This document shows positions 17,016-29,600 of a stretch of DNA of 64,000 bases, one piece after another (the stretch's first letter is position 1; every line of letters starts with the position of its first letter). The notes beneath the pieces were generated by a model, which worked only from the letters and a program-made list of their open reading frames with translations, was not told where the DNA came from and did not search any database. The DNA comes from Camelus ferus (Eukaryota), in the NCBI RefSeq assembly GCF_009834535.1, contig NC_045696.1, forward strand, positions 91,514,001-91,578,000. Reading direction: 5' to 3'. The position numbers and the translations under genes were made by a program.

Positions 17016-17057
17016 AGTGTGTGATAATTTCTTATGTAACAATAGATAACTAATCCA
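16486..17057 (+). mobile_element. MaLR solo LTR, MLT1E-like, in sense orientation
   Basis: Begins TGTGGTAGGCAGAATTCTAGGATG. Contains ttttgcagatgtaattaaggtccttaatcagctgactttgagtta. Ends aataaatacatgctgttttaagctgctaag...aatagataactaatcCA. Flanks taagc / aaagc (4 of 5, TSD). Confidence 0.85.
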
Positions 17058-17279
17058 AAAGCTAACTTGTAATTCACATAAAGGTTAATTTTTTTTCCTT
17101 GAAATTTATTAAACATAGTCTAATATAGAAACCTGGAGAAGGACTGTAATTAGTCAATGTCCTTAATTCTACCCTGACTTTACTGCTGACTCACAAAGAT
17201 AGGAGATATAAAAGAGGCCAAGTTTGAAACAATTCACTTTTAAGTTTTAATGTAAAGTGTGAGAGTATTGAGTCATAGA

Positions 17280-18790
17280 AGTTACTATAAGTTGGAAATA
17301 GACTTTGAGAGGTCAAAATTTGGGCTCATGTACATAGATGGTGACTGAAATTGTGGAATTAGATGAAATCACTCAGGAAGAAGAAAACAACAGACTTATT
17401 AAGGGCTTTGTCGGGACACCCAACATTTAAGCAAAGGAGGCTGGACTGGCTGATTAGTGTTCAGAGATGTTATAAACCAAGGGAAATTATGTCATAAAAG
17501 CCAAGATTTTCAAGGGAAAGGGAGAGATCAGCAATGTGAAATCCTGAAAAGTAGTCGCTTAAGGATAAAGAATGACTTCTGCAGCTAAGAAAAGAATGAC
17601 TTTTGCAGCACCGTTGGTGTCACTGGCAAGAGCAAATTTCATTGGAGTGATGAGGTGAAAGTCAAATTTCAGTGAGTTGAAAAATCAACAGGAAGTTAAG
17701 GGTTTAAAGCAATGATTGGACTCTCCTTTCAACAACGTGGGGCTAAAATGGAGAAAGTGTTTTTGTTGTTTGACTTAAAGATGCATTAGACTCAAGGGAA
17801 AGAAGTTTAAAATACAGAAAGAGGAAAAATAACTTTGCTTGAGCAAAGTTTCCAGAAGTGAAGGAAAATGATTAAAACTCCTTTATTCCACAGCAATTTA
17901 TGGAACAACTACCAAACAACAGGTACTATGGTTGGCCTGGAGATACAAAAATAAATACAGCTCCTCCTTTCAAGGAGCTTACAGTGTAGTGGAGGAGACA
18001 GGCATGTACAACAAAAATTGAAATGCTGTGTGGCAAGTGCCTTGATGGAGGGAAGGACAGGGTCCTGAGGACACACAGGAGAAGGCACCACTGCAAATGA
18101 CTCTGAACTCAGCTTGGGCTCCCTCACTGTTGCCTGGAGGTGTTAGAGAATGAGCTCATCTTGAAGAGCTAGTGGAAATACCATGGGCAGACAAGGAGCA
18201 AATGGTCAGTTGAAGGAATCACCTTGCAGAGGCAAAGGAGAGAGAGAGAAAATGGTCCATTTGCAAAACAGCAAGTCCTCACCTAGGACTGAGACATAAG
18301 GGATCTGTTGGGGATGGTGCAGAATGATGCTGGAAAGGCCTGCAGGGCCATACCACAAAGGGCTTGGTTCCAGGCTAGGTATCTTGAACTTTTTCCTTAA
18401 GAAGGTGAAACACCATTAAAAGATTTTAAGAAGATTTGCATTGAGAGAAATAAATCTGATCATGATACAGAGAATGGATTGTAGCAGGGAAATGATTTGG
18501 AGGTTCTTGGAAGGTGGTGAGGACCTGGACTGATCTAGTAGCAGAGGGGACAGAGAGAAATGGAAATGCAGGAAAAATGCTGAATTAGTGAAATGGACAA
18601 GACACTGGTGGGCTGGTTGGAGCTGGAGTATAGAAATGGGAAGAGAAAAGTCTCTGATGACTCCTGGGTACTTTGGGGAAACTTCATGCGTGATGATGGC
18701 ATTCACTGAGACAGACAATTCCAAAGCAACAGTTTGACAGGTGAGGCAGATGGTACATTTAATTTTACATTCATTCAGATGTATACATTC
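17280..18790 (-). mobile_element. Cluster of LINE-2 fragments
   Basis: Purine-rich L2 reverse-strand blocks, e.g. ctcctccttt caaggagcttacagtgtagtggaggagacag and gaaaagtctctgatgactcctggg...gatggcattcactgagacag. Confidence 0.65.
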
Positions 18791-20099
18791 AGAGTCTAGA
18801 TAAGTGATTCACCTTGAACTAGAGGGACATCTCCTTCTATGAAGTTGTGCAGGAAAAGAGAAGAGGCATAGTTGTAAATAATTCTCTAAATATTCTTTTA
18901 AAATCTACCAGCTCATTCTTAAGAGTCAGTGAGTAACCTTAGCTGGTTTAATCAATTAGGAAAAATTGGTAACAGACAAATAGAAATAGAGTAATAAGTG
19001 ACACTACATTTGTTATTAATAATTTCAGTGCCAACAATGTGTTCTGTTTCACAGCAGAAGGGTTATAGTAACATACTGGTTATGTCTTGATTCTGTTTTC
19101 ACTGAAGGCTTGTCTTAAGAAAGAAGAGAATGGGCCTGTTAGTTCAATGTGGAGGAAGAGAATTATTTTTGCTACTTGTTACAAAGTCCTTGTGGCTTAA
19201 TTAACTAGATGCCTCTAGTTTAGAGAGCTACTCTCAGAACCTTTGAACCAGATATAAAAAAAAGAAGTAAATACATGAAGTAAGTATACAAAGTAAAGAA
19301 TGATCTTTCTGCTTTCCTCCCGTGATGCAATAATTCCAAATGCAAGCTACGCATTTCAGAATCATCATCTTCCCACTGATTGGCACTTCCACCCCTGGTG
19401 CCAGCTGGTTTACCACAGACTGGCCTTTCCCAAGAGGGCTGCTATTTCTGATCCCGATCTACGAAGAAACCACTTTTCTAAACATGTTTAAACCTTTAAA
19501 TATGTTGGTATGAATACAATTATAATCATGGACAGAAATTCAAGTGGTTTTCATTTCTATTTCATTTTGATTCTTTTTTCCTCCCAGATAGCTGTGGAAA
19601 CACAAATGTTTATGTGTGAGGCTCTCATCTAATTATTTCTTGAGAACCTGGAGTTTGGCAAAAAATAGATGCTCAATATTTTTCTAACACTGGGTTTTCT
19701 AGAAAATGGTTGGCTGGTGATGTTGAGGGACATTTATTGGGTTTCAATTTACCTTCTTTCCATAGGCACTTTTGTGCCTATTTATTAAGACTTATTCTTA
19801 GGCATAAATATAGATTACCTAGTTGAAAAAGCATTCCCCACTTTAGGAAACAGTTGCTAAATAAGTCAAAAGAATATGTGAGCTGAATCTGAGGTGCATT
19901 GCAGATAAGTAAATACCACAAATGCCCTAGTCAGGATTTCTAGTCCCCAAAAGCTAACTAAATTTTCAGATGAAAAACCAAGAAAAATCCAAGATGTCAT
20001 CTTATTCCAGAATGGTGCCAGTGTGTGGACCTCTTGGGGCTATTCCTCCCCAGAGATGCTTCTGAAAGACAAAGTGGTTGGAAAATCAGGGAGATTTCT

Positions 20100-20280
20100 A
20101 CCAAGGCAAGGGAGTCTAGAAAAAGTAGTGTAGGATCCAGGCATGAACACATGAGGATTCAAGTCCTAGCTCTACCCAAACTAAATTATCTATCTGAGCA
20201 AATCACTCATCTCTCATCTCTGGGGTGGGGATAATACTATCTATGGAGTAGAATTGTTGAGGCTTGAATGTCATGTAAAA
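20100..20280 (+). mobile_element. MIR fragment
   Basis: ggattcaagtcctagctctacc...tgagcaaatcactcatctctc...ggggataatactatctatggagtagaattgttgagg. Confidence 0.55.
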
Positions 20281-20295
20281 ACCTCCAGCAGAGAA

Positions 20296-20935
20296 ACTGT
20301 ATCTTAGTAGGTGCTTGCTAATGACACTCCATTTTTTATGTACCACTAAGAAGGAAGAAATCCTACCAATGAAATTATGATGCAATGTCTTAATAGTCCA
20401 ATAAGTAGTGTTTTATTTCAAAAAGTCTTTTATCTGTTCTGAGGGATTTTGCGCTTTCTTCTGACTTTAGGTACTTTGCATGGTGTGTGATAGGTAATTC
20501 TATAGATTGGTATCTATTTCAGCAACAAAATGAAACGTGGCTTTACTACGTGTTGATCTCTTCCTTTCTTGGGTAAAACAGTTGCTGTTGCTTTGGAAGA
20601 CCATATGGTACTATGGTCATTTCTCCAATGATGGCTCTTTGGTTCAGTAATGTCATATTTCACCCCACTCCTCTACTTCTGTGCTTTTCTATGTACATGG
20701 TAACTTTTTGCTTCAAAGTCAAATCATATTACAATTTTTAAGATGTCCTAAACAGCAATGAACACATGTACCATCAACCATGTACATAATTCAATTGAAG
20801 TTACGACACAAAGAGCTTGGGCCAAGTTCAAGTGATACCTGGTCACAGTCATTCCTAGTGGATGACGATTGCAAAACCACTGATAGTAAGACACATCCCA
20901 ATTTCAGAATTTAAATAATGGAAGAAAAATGCAAA
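20296..20935. mobile_element. Tigger13a-like TcMar DNA transposon relic
   Basis: Left end ccattttttatgtaccactaagaaggaagaaatcctaccaatgaaattatgatgcaatg and right end gatagtaagacacatcccaatttcagaatttaaataatggaagaaaaatg resemble the Tigger13a termini as I recall them. Confidence 0.55.
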
Positions 20936-21123
20936 TAAATGAGCAAAAGTAAGTATTAATTTAAGAGTTCCACCATGTTCAAAACTTTATGTAAAAGTTT
21001 TGTGAACAATAAAGCATATTGCAAGTGTAAGAAATTTTAAAATCTTTTAAAATGGTTAAAATGTCCCCAGTGCATCCATTCTCAAAGGTATGAGATCAGC
21101 CATTCCTGTGTGTGCTTACCCTC

Positions 21124-21694
21124 TGTGTTAGTCAGGATTCTCCAGAAAAACAGAACTGACAGGAAATAGAGAGAGAGGAGAAAGAAAAGAAAAATTATCA
21201 TAGAAATTAGCTCACACAGATACAGAGGCTGAGAAGTCCCATGATTCACCTTCTGCCAGCTGAAGACTCAGGAAAGCAGATGGTATAATTCAGTCCAAGT
21301 CCAAAGGCCTGAGAATTAGAGGAACTGTTGGTATAATCCTAGTCTCAGGTCAAAGGCCTGAGAACTGGGAGATGGGGGGTGCCTCTGATATGAGCCCTGG
21401 AGTCCAAAGGCTGGAGAATCAGAAGTTCCAATGTCAAAGGGCAGAAGAAGATAGATACCGCAGCTCAAAAAGAGAAAGAAAATTCTCTGTTTGCCTTTTT
21501 GTTCCATTTAGGCCCCTGACGGATTGGATGAGACCCACCCGCATTGGTGAAGGTGAATCTCTTTATTCAGTCTACTGATTCAAAGTGCCAATCTTTTCCG
21601 GATACACCCTCACAGACACACCCAGAAAGAATGTTTTACTAGCTATTTGGTATCCTAAAGGCAATCAAGCTGACATATAAAATCAATCATCACA
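21124..21694 (-). mobile_element. MLT2B-like ERVL solo LTR
   Basis: TGTGTTAGTCAGGATTCTCCAGAAAAACAGAAC...gaggctgagaagtcccatgat...cacagacacacccagaaagaatgttt...aatcaagctgacatataaaatcaatcatCACA. Both termini are present. Confidence 0.88.
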
Positions 21695-23994
21695 TCCTTT
21701 GTTTTAATGGAAATAAAGAGGGCTAATGTCCACGCACAAGCCATGTTTCTGGTGCCTCTGTATCCCCTTTCCTGTCTCTGCTTTGTCTAAGTCCCTATCC
21801 CTAGCAGGGAAGCTGGCTAGGGAATGGACCAAGATGGCAAGGGTAAGGATAGGAGCACATGCTATGTCTTTTACCCACTGTCACAGATTGGGGAGCCTGG
21901 GGGTAAAACTAGGGTGGTGTCTGAAGAGAATTCAGACTGAGAGTAGGGAGACGAGGCCTGGAGCTGAACTGGAAACTGTAGACCCAGGGAGAGCAGAGGG
22001 AGGCATAGAGCAGAGTGGATGGAATGGGTGGTGGGCTGTATGAACTATAGAGGATCAGGACAAGCCCCAGTGCTGGGTTTTTCCATTTACTTGCCTAGGG
22101 GAAAAGGGTTCTGTTCATCGTGCTTTGATGAGACAGGTTTTCACCTCCTCATGTCCATCCTTCTATTACCAGTTTACATAAGGCCCTACAGCCTTGTACT
22201 TGGCAGCACAGGACACCAGCTCCTGCAGAGACCTGAGCTCCTGGGTGCTGGGAACCCCAGTCTTGCAGAGTAGTTTCCATGTTGACATTCTTCTCATCCT
22301 GTACCCCTAATCCAGCACATATTGAACTCATCTACTTCAAAGAAAAACTTTCTGAGGGTATGGGGAGGGGAGCCAGAAATCCTGAAACTTTCTTGTGCAT
22401 TATTCTGTAAGATGACAATCAGACACATTGTGTTTACATAATTCCTTTTGCCTTTGTGAACAAACTTTTTTAAAGGTTTCATTGAATGGAAAGAAAATGC
22501 ATTTCCTTTGTCTTTCAATCAATGGAATGACTAGAATTCATTTTGGTACTGAGAACCTGGAAGAGTTATAAAATACTCAGATATTGTAAAAATGTAAAGT
22601 ACTCAAACCCAAAATGACAGACTTATTTGTTCATAGGAATAACAGTGCTCCATGAGACCTCATTGGACACTTGGGGGTGGGGAGAGGGGGCAAGAGAATA
22701 ATAGATTCTAATTTTTCCTTTTTGAATTCTTTTAGAATTCTCTTCTTGCCTTGTTTTGTTTTTTAACTACAAGTCCACTTATGTCAGGAGAATACAGATT
22801 TTAAATATAGTACAGATTTATACACATATACAGACACACATTCTTTTACGCAAGAGTCATAACAACAAAACAATTTTCACAGGGACTTCGTAGAGATCAT
22901 TCTTACTATGTCAGTCTTAGATTCCCCCCCCCTCTCGGCTGGGACTTCATGTAATCAGAAGAACTTTGTGTGTGTTGCCCTTTTTCAACAGAGATTCAGT
23001 CCTACACACCAGATGACCTCTGGGAGTATTCTATTCCTCTTAATTCAGAGCTATTGTAATATGGAGGTAATGGCCCAATGTCTTTTCTGTTAAGAGAGAA
23101 AAACCATGGTCCTGTTTGCCTGAACTAGCTCGTAAACACAAAAATCAGAGTAGAGCCCATCTTTTTAATTTAACCAAAACCACGGTTTGGAAATGTCTAT
23201 TTTGAAAAATTAACCATTGAGTGTACTCCTTAGGATAAGTGTGCTGTAAGTGCCATTTGAGAACACTGTAATCAAGACTCACTAAAACATTTCACAGAGG
23301 GAGCACTTAAGTTTTTCCACAAAACATCCCTCACCTATATATTCATGTTCCTGACATCACTATACTGTCATCTCATGAAATCCTCCTCAGCCTCAAGTGA
23401 ATACAAATCAAATTCCACTGCAGCCAACACTGTCATTGTGAGGTTCCAGTATAAGGAAGCCACTGGCAGAATGTAAGGCAGCCAAGTAAACTCGGCCAAG
23501 TTCTCCTAAAAGGGGACTCAGCATTTATCGCTCAGTTAACAGTATCATGGGGTGCTGGAGTCAAAGGAATCGTGGTGGGGATGGGGAGAGGTCCAACTTC
23601 TCCCCACCCCCCACAGAGAAGTCCCTTCCTTGTCATCATTGGCAAGTGTTCTTCCCAGCTGCTCAAACACTTCTAGGAACAGAGAATCCATTACTTTGTC
23701 ACCAGTCCACATTTTTTCAAATAAGTATTTTCTAATTATGAAAATAATATTTATCAGAAAATTCAGAAAACAAAAAAGACTATTAAAATATGATAGAAAT
23801 TACTCATAATCCCAGAACCCAAAAACATTCAAAAGAAGTGTTTGGATGTGATTCTTATTAGGTTACTCATCCCTTATATTGTTTTTTGGAAAATTTTGCC
23901 TTTCTGTAATTTCTAAACTTCAGTTCTAATTCTTTCTCCTGCAGCTACACAAAATGTCTGCCCCCTGTTCCCCAAGACCCTTCAAATAGTTGAT

Positions 23995-24930
23995 TTAGGC
24001 ATTTATGAATAAACACTCATTGAGCATTCAACATATGCTAAATGCTATGCTAGGACATTTACTAATAAATTGTCCATGCCTCTAAGAAACTCAGTAAATA
24101 AGTACATATTTATCCAGTAAGTAAATCAAAACATAAAGCATGTCTTTTGTGCTGGTCCTGTGCTAAACATTGGGAATGTTGAGGTCATTAAGATATCCCA
24201 ACCTTTGTGGAATTTATATTCTAGCAGAAGAGAAAGATGTTAAAGTCTTTTGTTAATGAATTACGAAATTGCCGTGTGACCTGGACTACAAGGAAGCACA
24301 ATGGATAGAGATTGGGAAATGAGAGAACTGACCTAGTTAGGATGTTAGGGACAGCTTCCTGTAGGAAGAGTTATCTGATCTGAGATCTGATGGACAACCA
24401 GGAGTCCACAGGAGAGGCGGAGGAAAAGCAGACCAGAGAGAGAGATCAGAATGAGAGAAGACCCTGGGAAGAAAAAAGTTACAGCCCGTTGAAGGAATCA
24501 AAACAGGCCAATGTGTCCAGAAAACAGCAGAGATGAGAAGAAAACTGAGGAGGTGGTGACCCTGGGGATATGGGCAAGTCATGCAGGCCCAGAGGGAGAG
24601 CTAGTGACAGGCTTAAACCGGGGTGATATGACTAGATCAGCAGTTTTGTAAGAGTCCTCCAGCTGCTGTGTAGAGAATGCATTATTGGGAAAGCAGGAAT
24701 AGAAACTGGGAGAAAGACAGGAGGCTATTAAGATAGTACAAGCAAGAGATATAATGAAAATTCATAAGAAGGGCATGGCACTGGAACTAGAAATGGAGGG
24801 CTAGAGAGAGATTCTAGAAATGAAACTTGCAGGAGTTGGCGATGGATTGGAACCCACCCCCAGGATTCTGGCACCAGTGGATTGATGGTGGCACCATTCT
24901 ATATAGAGAACACTCAGAGGGGGGTCAGGT
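23995..24930 (-). mobile_element. LINE-2 fragments
   Basis: cattgagcattcaacatatgctaaatgctatgctagg; cagcttcctgtaggaagag; ctgctgtgtagagaatg...gggagaaagacaggaggctatt. Confidence 0.65.
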
Positions 24931-25302
24931 TTGAGGGGAAGTCCCATCTGTAGAGAAAGGATTATGAGAGTGTGATGTGGGGGGCTTGGCAGAGAGCGAG
25001 AAGGAGGCAGCTGACTTTGCTGGAAGGGATCAACTGAAAAGGTGATGATATTCTGGGCCTTGAAGAAGGAATCCAACTTTTTTCTGTAGTAGGCCTGTCC
25101 TTTCACACTCTCAGTCAAAGAAAAGGGAGGGCATTCTAGTCTCAGGGAACAGCTCATGCGAAGATTCAGGATCAAAGTTAAGATAAGAGGTAACATAAGT
25201 GGGAAGGAATGAGAACAGGGTCACTTACAACTACCTATTTGTACCCTTGTTCCAAAAATTATTTATAGTTTTAAAAAATATGTACTAGATTTTAAAAATA
25301 AG

Positions 25303-26066
25303 TGTGGTGGACACTGATTGTCTCAGTCCATTCAGGCTGCTGTAACAAATTACCCTGGACTGGGCAGTGTGTAAACGACAGCCATTTATTTCCCACAGTT
25401 CTGAAGGCTGGGAAGACCAAGATCAAGGCACCAGGTCCTGCTTCCTGGTTCACAGACAGCCTTCTCACTGTATCCTCATGTGGTGGAAGGGGCAAGGGAG
25501 CTCTCTGGGGTCTCTTTCATAGGGGCGCTAACCAGTTCATGAGGGCTCTGCCCTTATCACCTAGCTACCTACCAAAAGTCCCATCTCCAGACATCATCAC
25601 ATCAGAGACATGAATCTGGAGGGGCACATTTAGTCTGTAGAACTGACGCATTACCAAGGCCCCTCTCCAGTGAAGAATTTGCTGCTGGGAGTGCTGTTGG
25701 TAACACCCTTCAGCTGTCATTCCCTTTGAGGATTGTCTTAGCTGCAGAGAGCCTACTGGCCAATGCCACTTCTCTTCCTGGGGCAACTGACATTGAATAA
25801 ATGGTTGCTGGAGGAGAATAAAGAGCTGTCACTCAGGATCAACTTAGAACAACTCTGAGGGGCCATTCTACCTCCAGAGTTTCCCACAGGGTTGGCGGAG
25901 GCTGTCACTGGGTCTGCGTCAAAGCTTAACTTCACTACATCCCCAGTCTTGATTTTTCTCCACTGCCTTCCATAGTTGTTGATTCCAAGGGTACTCCTTA
26001 ATAAACACCCTTCACCTTAAATTCTGTCTCAGGGTCTGCTTCCCAGAAAGTCCAACCAGATTGACA
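25303..26066 (+). mobile_element. LTR16A-like ERVL solo LTR, interrupted by MLT1A0
   Basis: Begins TGTGGTGGACACTG, resumes after the insert, and ends ccttaataaacacccttcaccttaaattctgtctcagggtctgcttcccagaaagtccaaccagattgaCA. Flanks ataag / agaag. Confidence 0.75.
25319..25642 (-). mobile_element. MLT1A0-like MaLR solo LTR
   Basis: TGTCTCAGTCCATTCAGGCTGCTGTAACAAATTACC...cacagttctgaaggctgggaagaccaagatcaaggcacca...catgaatctggaggggcacatttagtctgtagaa. Flanks ctgat / ctgac. Confidence 0.85.
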
Positions 26067-26464
26067 AGAAGTAAAGGCATAGGGCAGAAGGAACTGAAGG
26101 CAGGAAGAATAGTTACCAGGATGACGTAAGCACATGAAGTGTGTGCTGTGAACAGCACTGCAAATGGCAGGTAGGGTTCAGAGCTGACTCTGTGCTTTCA
26201 CGCAGCCAAAGTCAGAGAGACATTCAATCAGATCCATGAGTCACAGTTTCCCAGACTAAAAATAAACCAGTTGCCCAGAGGAAGAAAATACTCCCGATAA
26301 TGAGACCCAAGAATTTTTTCCTGTGGGGCCTCACTCTAATATAGCAACAACAGGCACCTTATGTCCCCACCAAGGCTAAGAGCAAGTTTCATAAGGATGT
26401 GTAATGGTGCCAACACTCTCATGACTTCAAACATGTAAATAATGTAATTTTCTTTACTTCTTTG

Positions 26465-26617
26465 AATTTTTTAAAACCTTTATTGTGGTATGGTTCCTGT
26501 ACAGTAAAACTACACATAGATCGAATGTACTATTTGATGAATTTCGATAGACGTATACACCAGTGAAACCACTACCACAATCAAGGTAGCTAACATTTTC
26601 ATCACTCCCCAAGAGAT
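26465..26617 (-). mobile_element. Old L1M-type 3' end fragment
   Basis: ctttattgtggtatgg...cagtaaaactacaca...tgatgaatttcgatagacgtatacaccagtgaaaccactaccacaatcaagg...aacattttcatcactccc. Confidence 0.7.
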
Positions 26618-29600
26618 GCAACTTTTGAATTCCCTGTTTATCCCTTCCCACCCCCTTTACCCTCTGGTAACCATAAGTTTGTTCTATGTCTGTGAGTCTG
26701 TTTCTGTTTTGTAGATAAGTTCATTTGTGTCCTTTTTTCTAGATTCCACATATAAGCAACACCATATGACATTTTTCTTTCTCTTTCTGGCTTACTTCAC
26801 TTAGAATGACATTCTCCAGGTCCATCCATGTTGCTGCAAATGGCATTATTTTATTATTTTTTATGGCTGAGTAGTAGTCCATTGTATAAATATACCACAA
26901 CTTCTTTATCTAGTCATCTGTCAATGGATATTTGGGTTGTTTCCATGGCTTGGCTATCGTAAATAGTATTGCTGTGAACATTGGGGTGCATGTGCCTTTT
27001 TTAATTATATTTTTCTCCAGATATATGCCTAAGAGTGGAATGGCTGGATCATATGGTAAGTCTACTTTTAGCTTTTTAAGGAACCTCCATACTGTCCTCC
27101 ACAGTGGTTGCACCAGTTTACATTCCCACCAACAGTGTAGGAGGGTTCCTTTTTCTCCACACCCAGTCCAGCATTTATTATTTGTAGACTTTTTAATGAT
27201 GGCCATTCTGACTGGTGTGAAGTGATATCTCATTGTAGTTTTGATTTGCGTTTCTCTAACAATTAGTGATGTTGAGTATCTTTTCATGTGCTTGTTGGCC
27301 ATCTGTATGTCTTCTTTGGAGAGATATATATTTAGGTCTTATGCCCATTTTTTATTGGGTTGCTTGGTTCCCCCCCCCCCAATATTAAGGCATATGAGCT
27401 GTTTGTATATTTTGGAAATTAGTCCCTTGTCGGTCGCATCATTTGCAAATATTTTCTCCTATTCTGTAGGTTATCTTTTTGTTTTGTTGATGGTATCCTT
27501 AGCTGTGCAAAAGCTTTTCAGTTTAATTAGATCCCATTTGTTTACTTTTGCTTTTATTTCCAATACTCCAGGATCTGGTTCAAAAAATATATTGCTGTGA
27601 TCTATGTCCAAGAGTGTCCTGCCTATGTTTTCCTTGAAGAGTTTTATAGTATCTGGTCTTACATTTAAGTCTTTAATCCATTTTGAGTTTAGTTTTGTAT
27701 ATGGTATTAGAGAATGTTCTAATTTCAGTGTTTTACATGTAGCTGTCCAATTTCCCCAGCACCACTTATTGAAGAGACTGTCTTTTCTCCATTGTATATT
27801 CTTGCCTCCTTTGTCATAGATTAATTGACCATAAGTGTGTGGATTTATTTCTGGACTTTCTATCCTGTTCCATTGATCTGTGTGTCTGTTTTTATTCCAG
27901 TACTATACGGTTTTGATTACTGTAGCTTTTCAGTATAGTCTGAAGTCAGGAAGCATGATTTCCCCAGATCCATTCTTCTTTTTCAAGATAATTTTGGCTA
28001 TGCAGGGTCTTTTGTGTTTCTATACAAATTTTAACATTTTTTGTTCCAGCTCTGTGAAAAATATCATTGGTAATTTGATACGGATTGCACTGACTCTGTA
28101 TATTACCTTGGGTAGTAAGGCCATTTTAACAATATTGATTCTTCCAATCCAAGAATGCAGTGTATCTTTCTATTTGTTTATGTTGTCTTCAATTTCTTTC
28201 ATCAGTGTCTTATAGTTTTTGGACTACAGGTCTTTTGCCTCCGTGGATAGGTTTATTCCTAGGTATTTTATTATTTTTGGTGGGATGGTGAATGGTATTG
28301 TTTCCTTAATTTCTTTTTCTGCTATTTTGTTGTTAGTGTATAGAAATGCAACTGATTTCTGAATATTAATTTTGTATCCTGCAACTTTACCACATTCATT
28401 GATGAGTTCTAGTATTTTGCTGCTTGCTTCTTTAGGGTTTTCTATGTATAGTATCATACATAGAAGGTGACAGTTTTACTGCTTTGTTTTCAATTTGGAT
28501 TCCTTTTATTTCTTTTTATTCTCTGATTGCTATGACTAGGACTTCCAAAATTATGTTAACTAAAAGTGGCGAGAGTGGGCATCCTTGCTCCTGATCTTCA
28601 AGGAAAAGCTTTCAGCTTTTCCCCACTAAGTGTGATGTTAACTATGGGTTCGTCATATATGGCCTTTATTATGTTGAGATATGTTCCATCTATGCCCACT
28701 TTCTGGAGAATTTTTATCATAAATGGATTTTGAGTTTTATCAAAAGCTTTTTCTGCATCTATTGAGATGATCATATAGTTTTTATTCTTCAATTTGTTAA
28801 TGTGGTGTATCACATTGGTTGATTTGCAGATATTGAAAAATCCTTGCATCCCTAGGATAAATCCCACTTGACCATGTTATGTGATTCTTTTAATGAATTG
28901 TTGGACTTGAATTGGAAGTATTTTGTTGAGGATTTTTGCATCTATATGCATAAGTGATACTGGCTTGTAATTTTCTTTTTTCGTGGTATCTTTGTCTGGT
29001 TTTGGTGATGGGTGATGATGGCCTCAGAGAATGAGTTTAGAAGTGTTCCATCTGCTGCAGTTTTTTGGAATAGTTTTAGGATAGGTGTTAACTCTTCTCT
29101 GCATGTTTGGTAGAATTCACCTGTAAAGCCATCTGGTCCTGGACTTCTGTTTGTTGGGAGTTTTTAAATTACTGATTCAATTTCAGTACTGGTAATTGGT
29201 CTATTCATGTTGTCTGTTTCTTCCTGGTGCAGTCTTGGCAAATTGTACCTTTCTAAGAAATCGTCCATTTCTTCTACATTGTCCTTTTTGTTGGAGTATA
29301 GTTGCTCATAGCAGCCTCTTATGATCCCTTGTATTTCTGTGGTGTTGGTTGTAACTTCTCCTTTTTCTTTTCTAATTTTGTTAATTTGGGCCCTCTCCCC
29401 TTTGTTTCTTTTTTCTTTTTCTTTAAACATTTTTTATTGACTTATAATCATTTTACAATGTTGTGTCAAATTCCAGTGTAGAGCACAATTTTTCAGTTAT
29501 ACGTGAACATATATATATATTCATTGTCACATTTTTTTCTCTGTGAGCTACCATAAGATCTTGTATATATTTCCCTGTGCTATACAGTATAATCTTGTTT

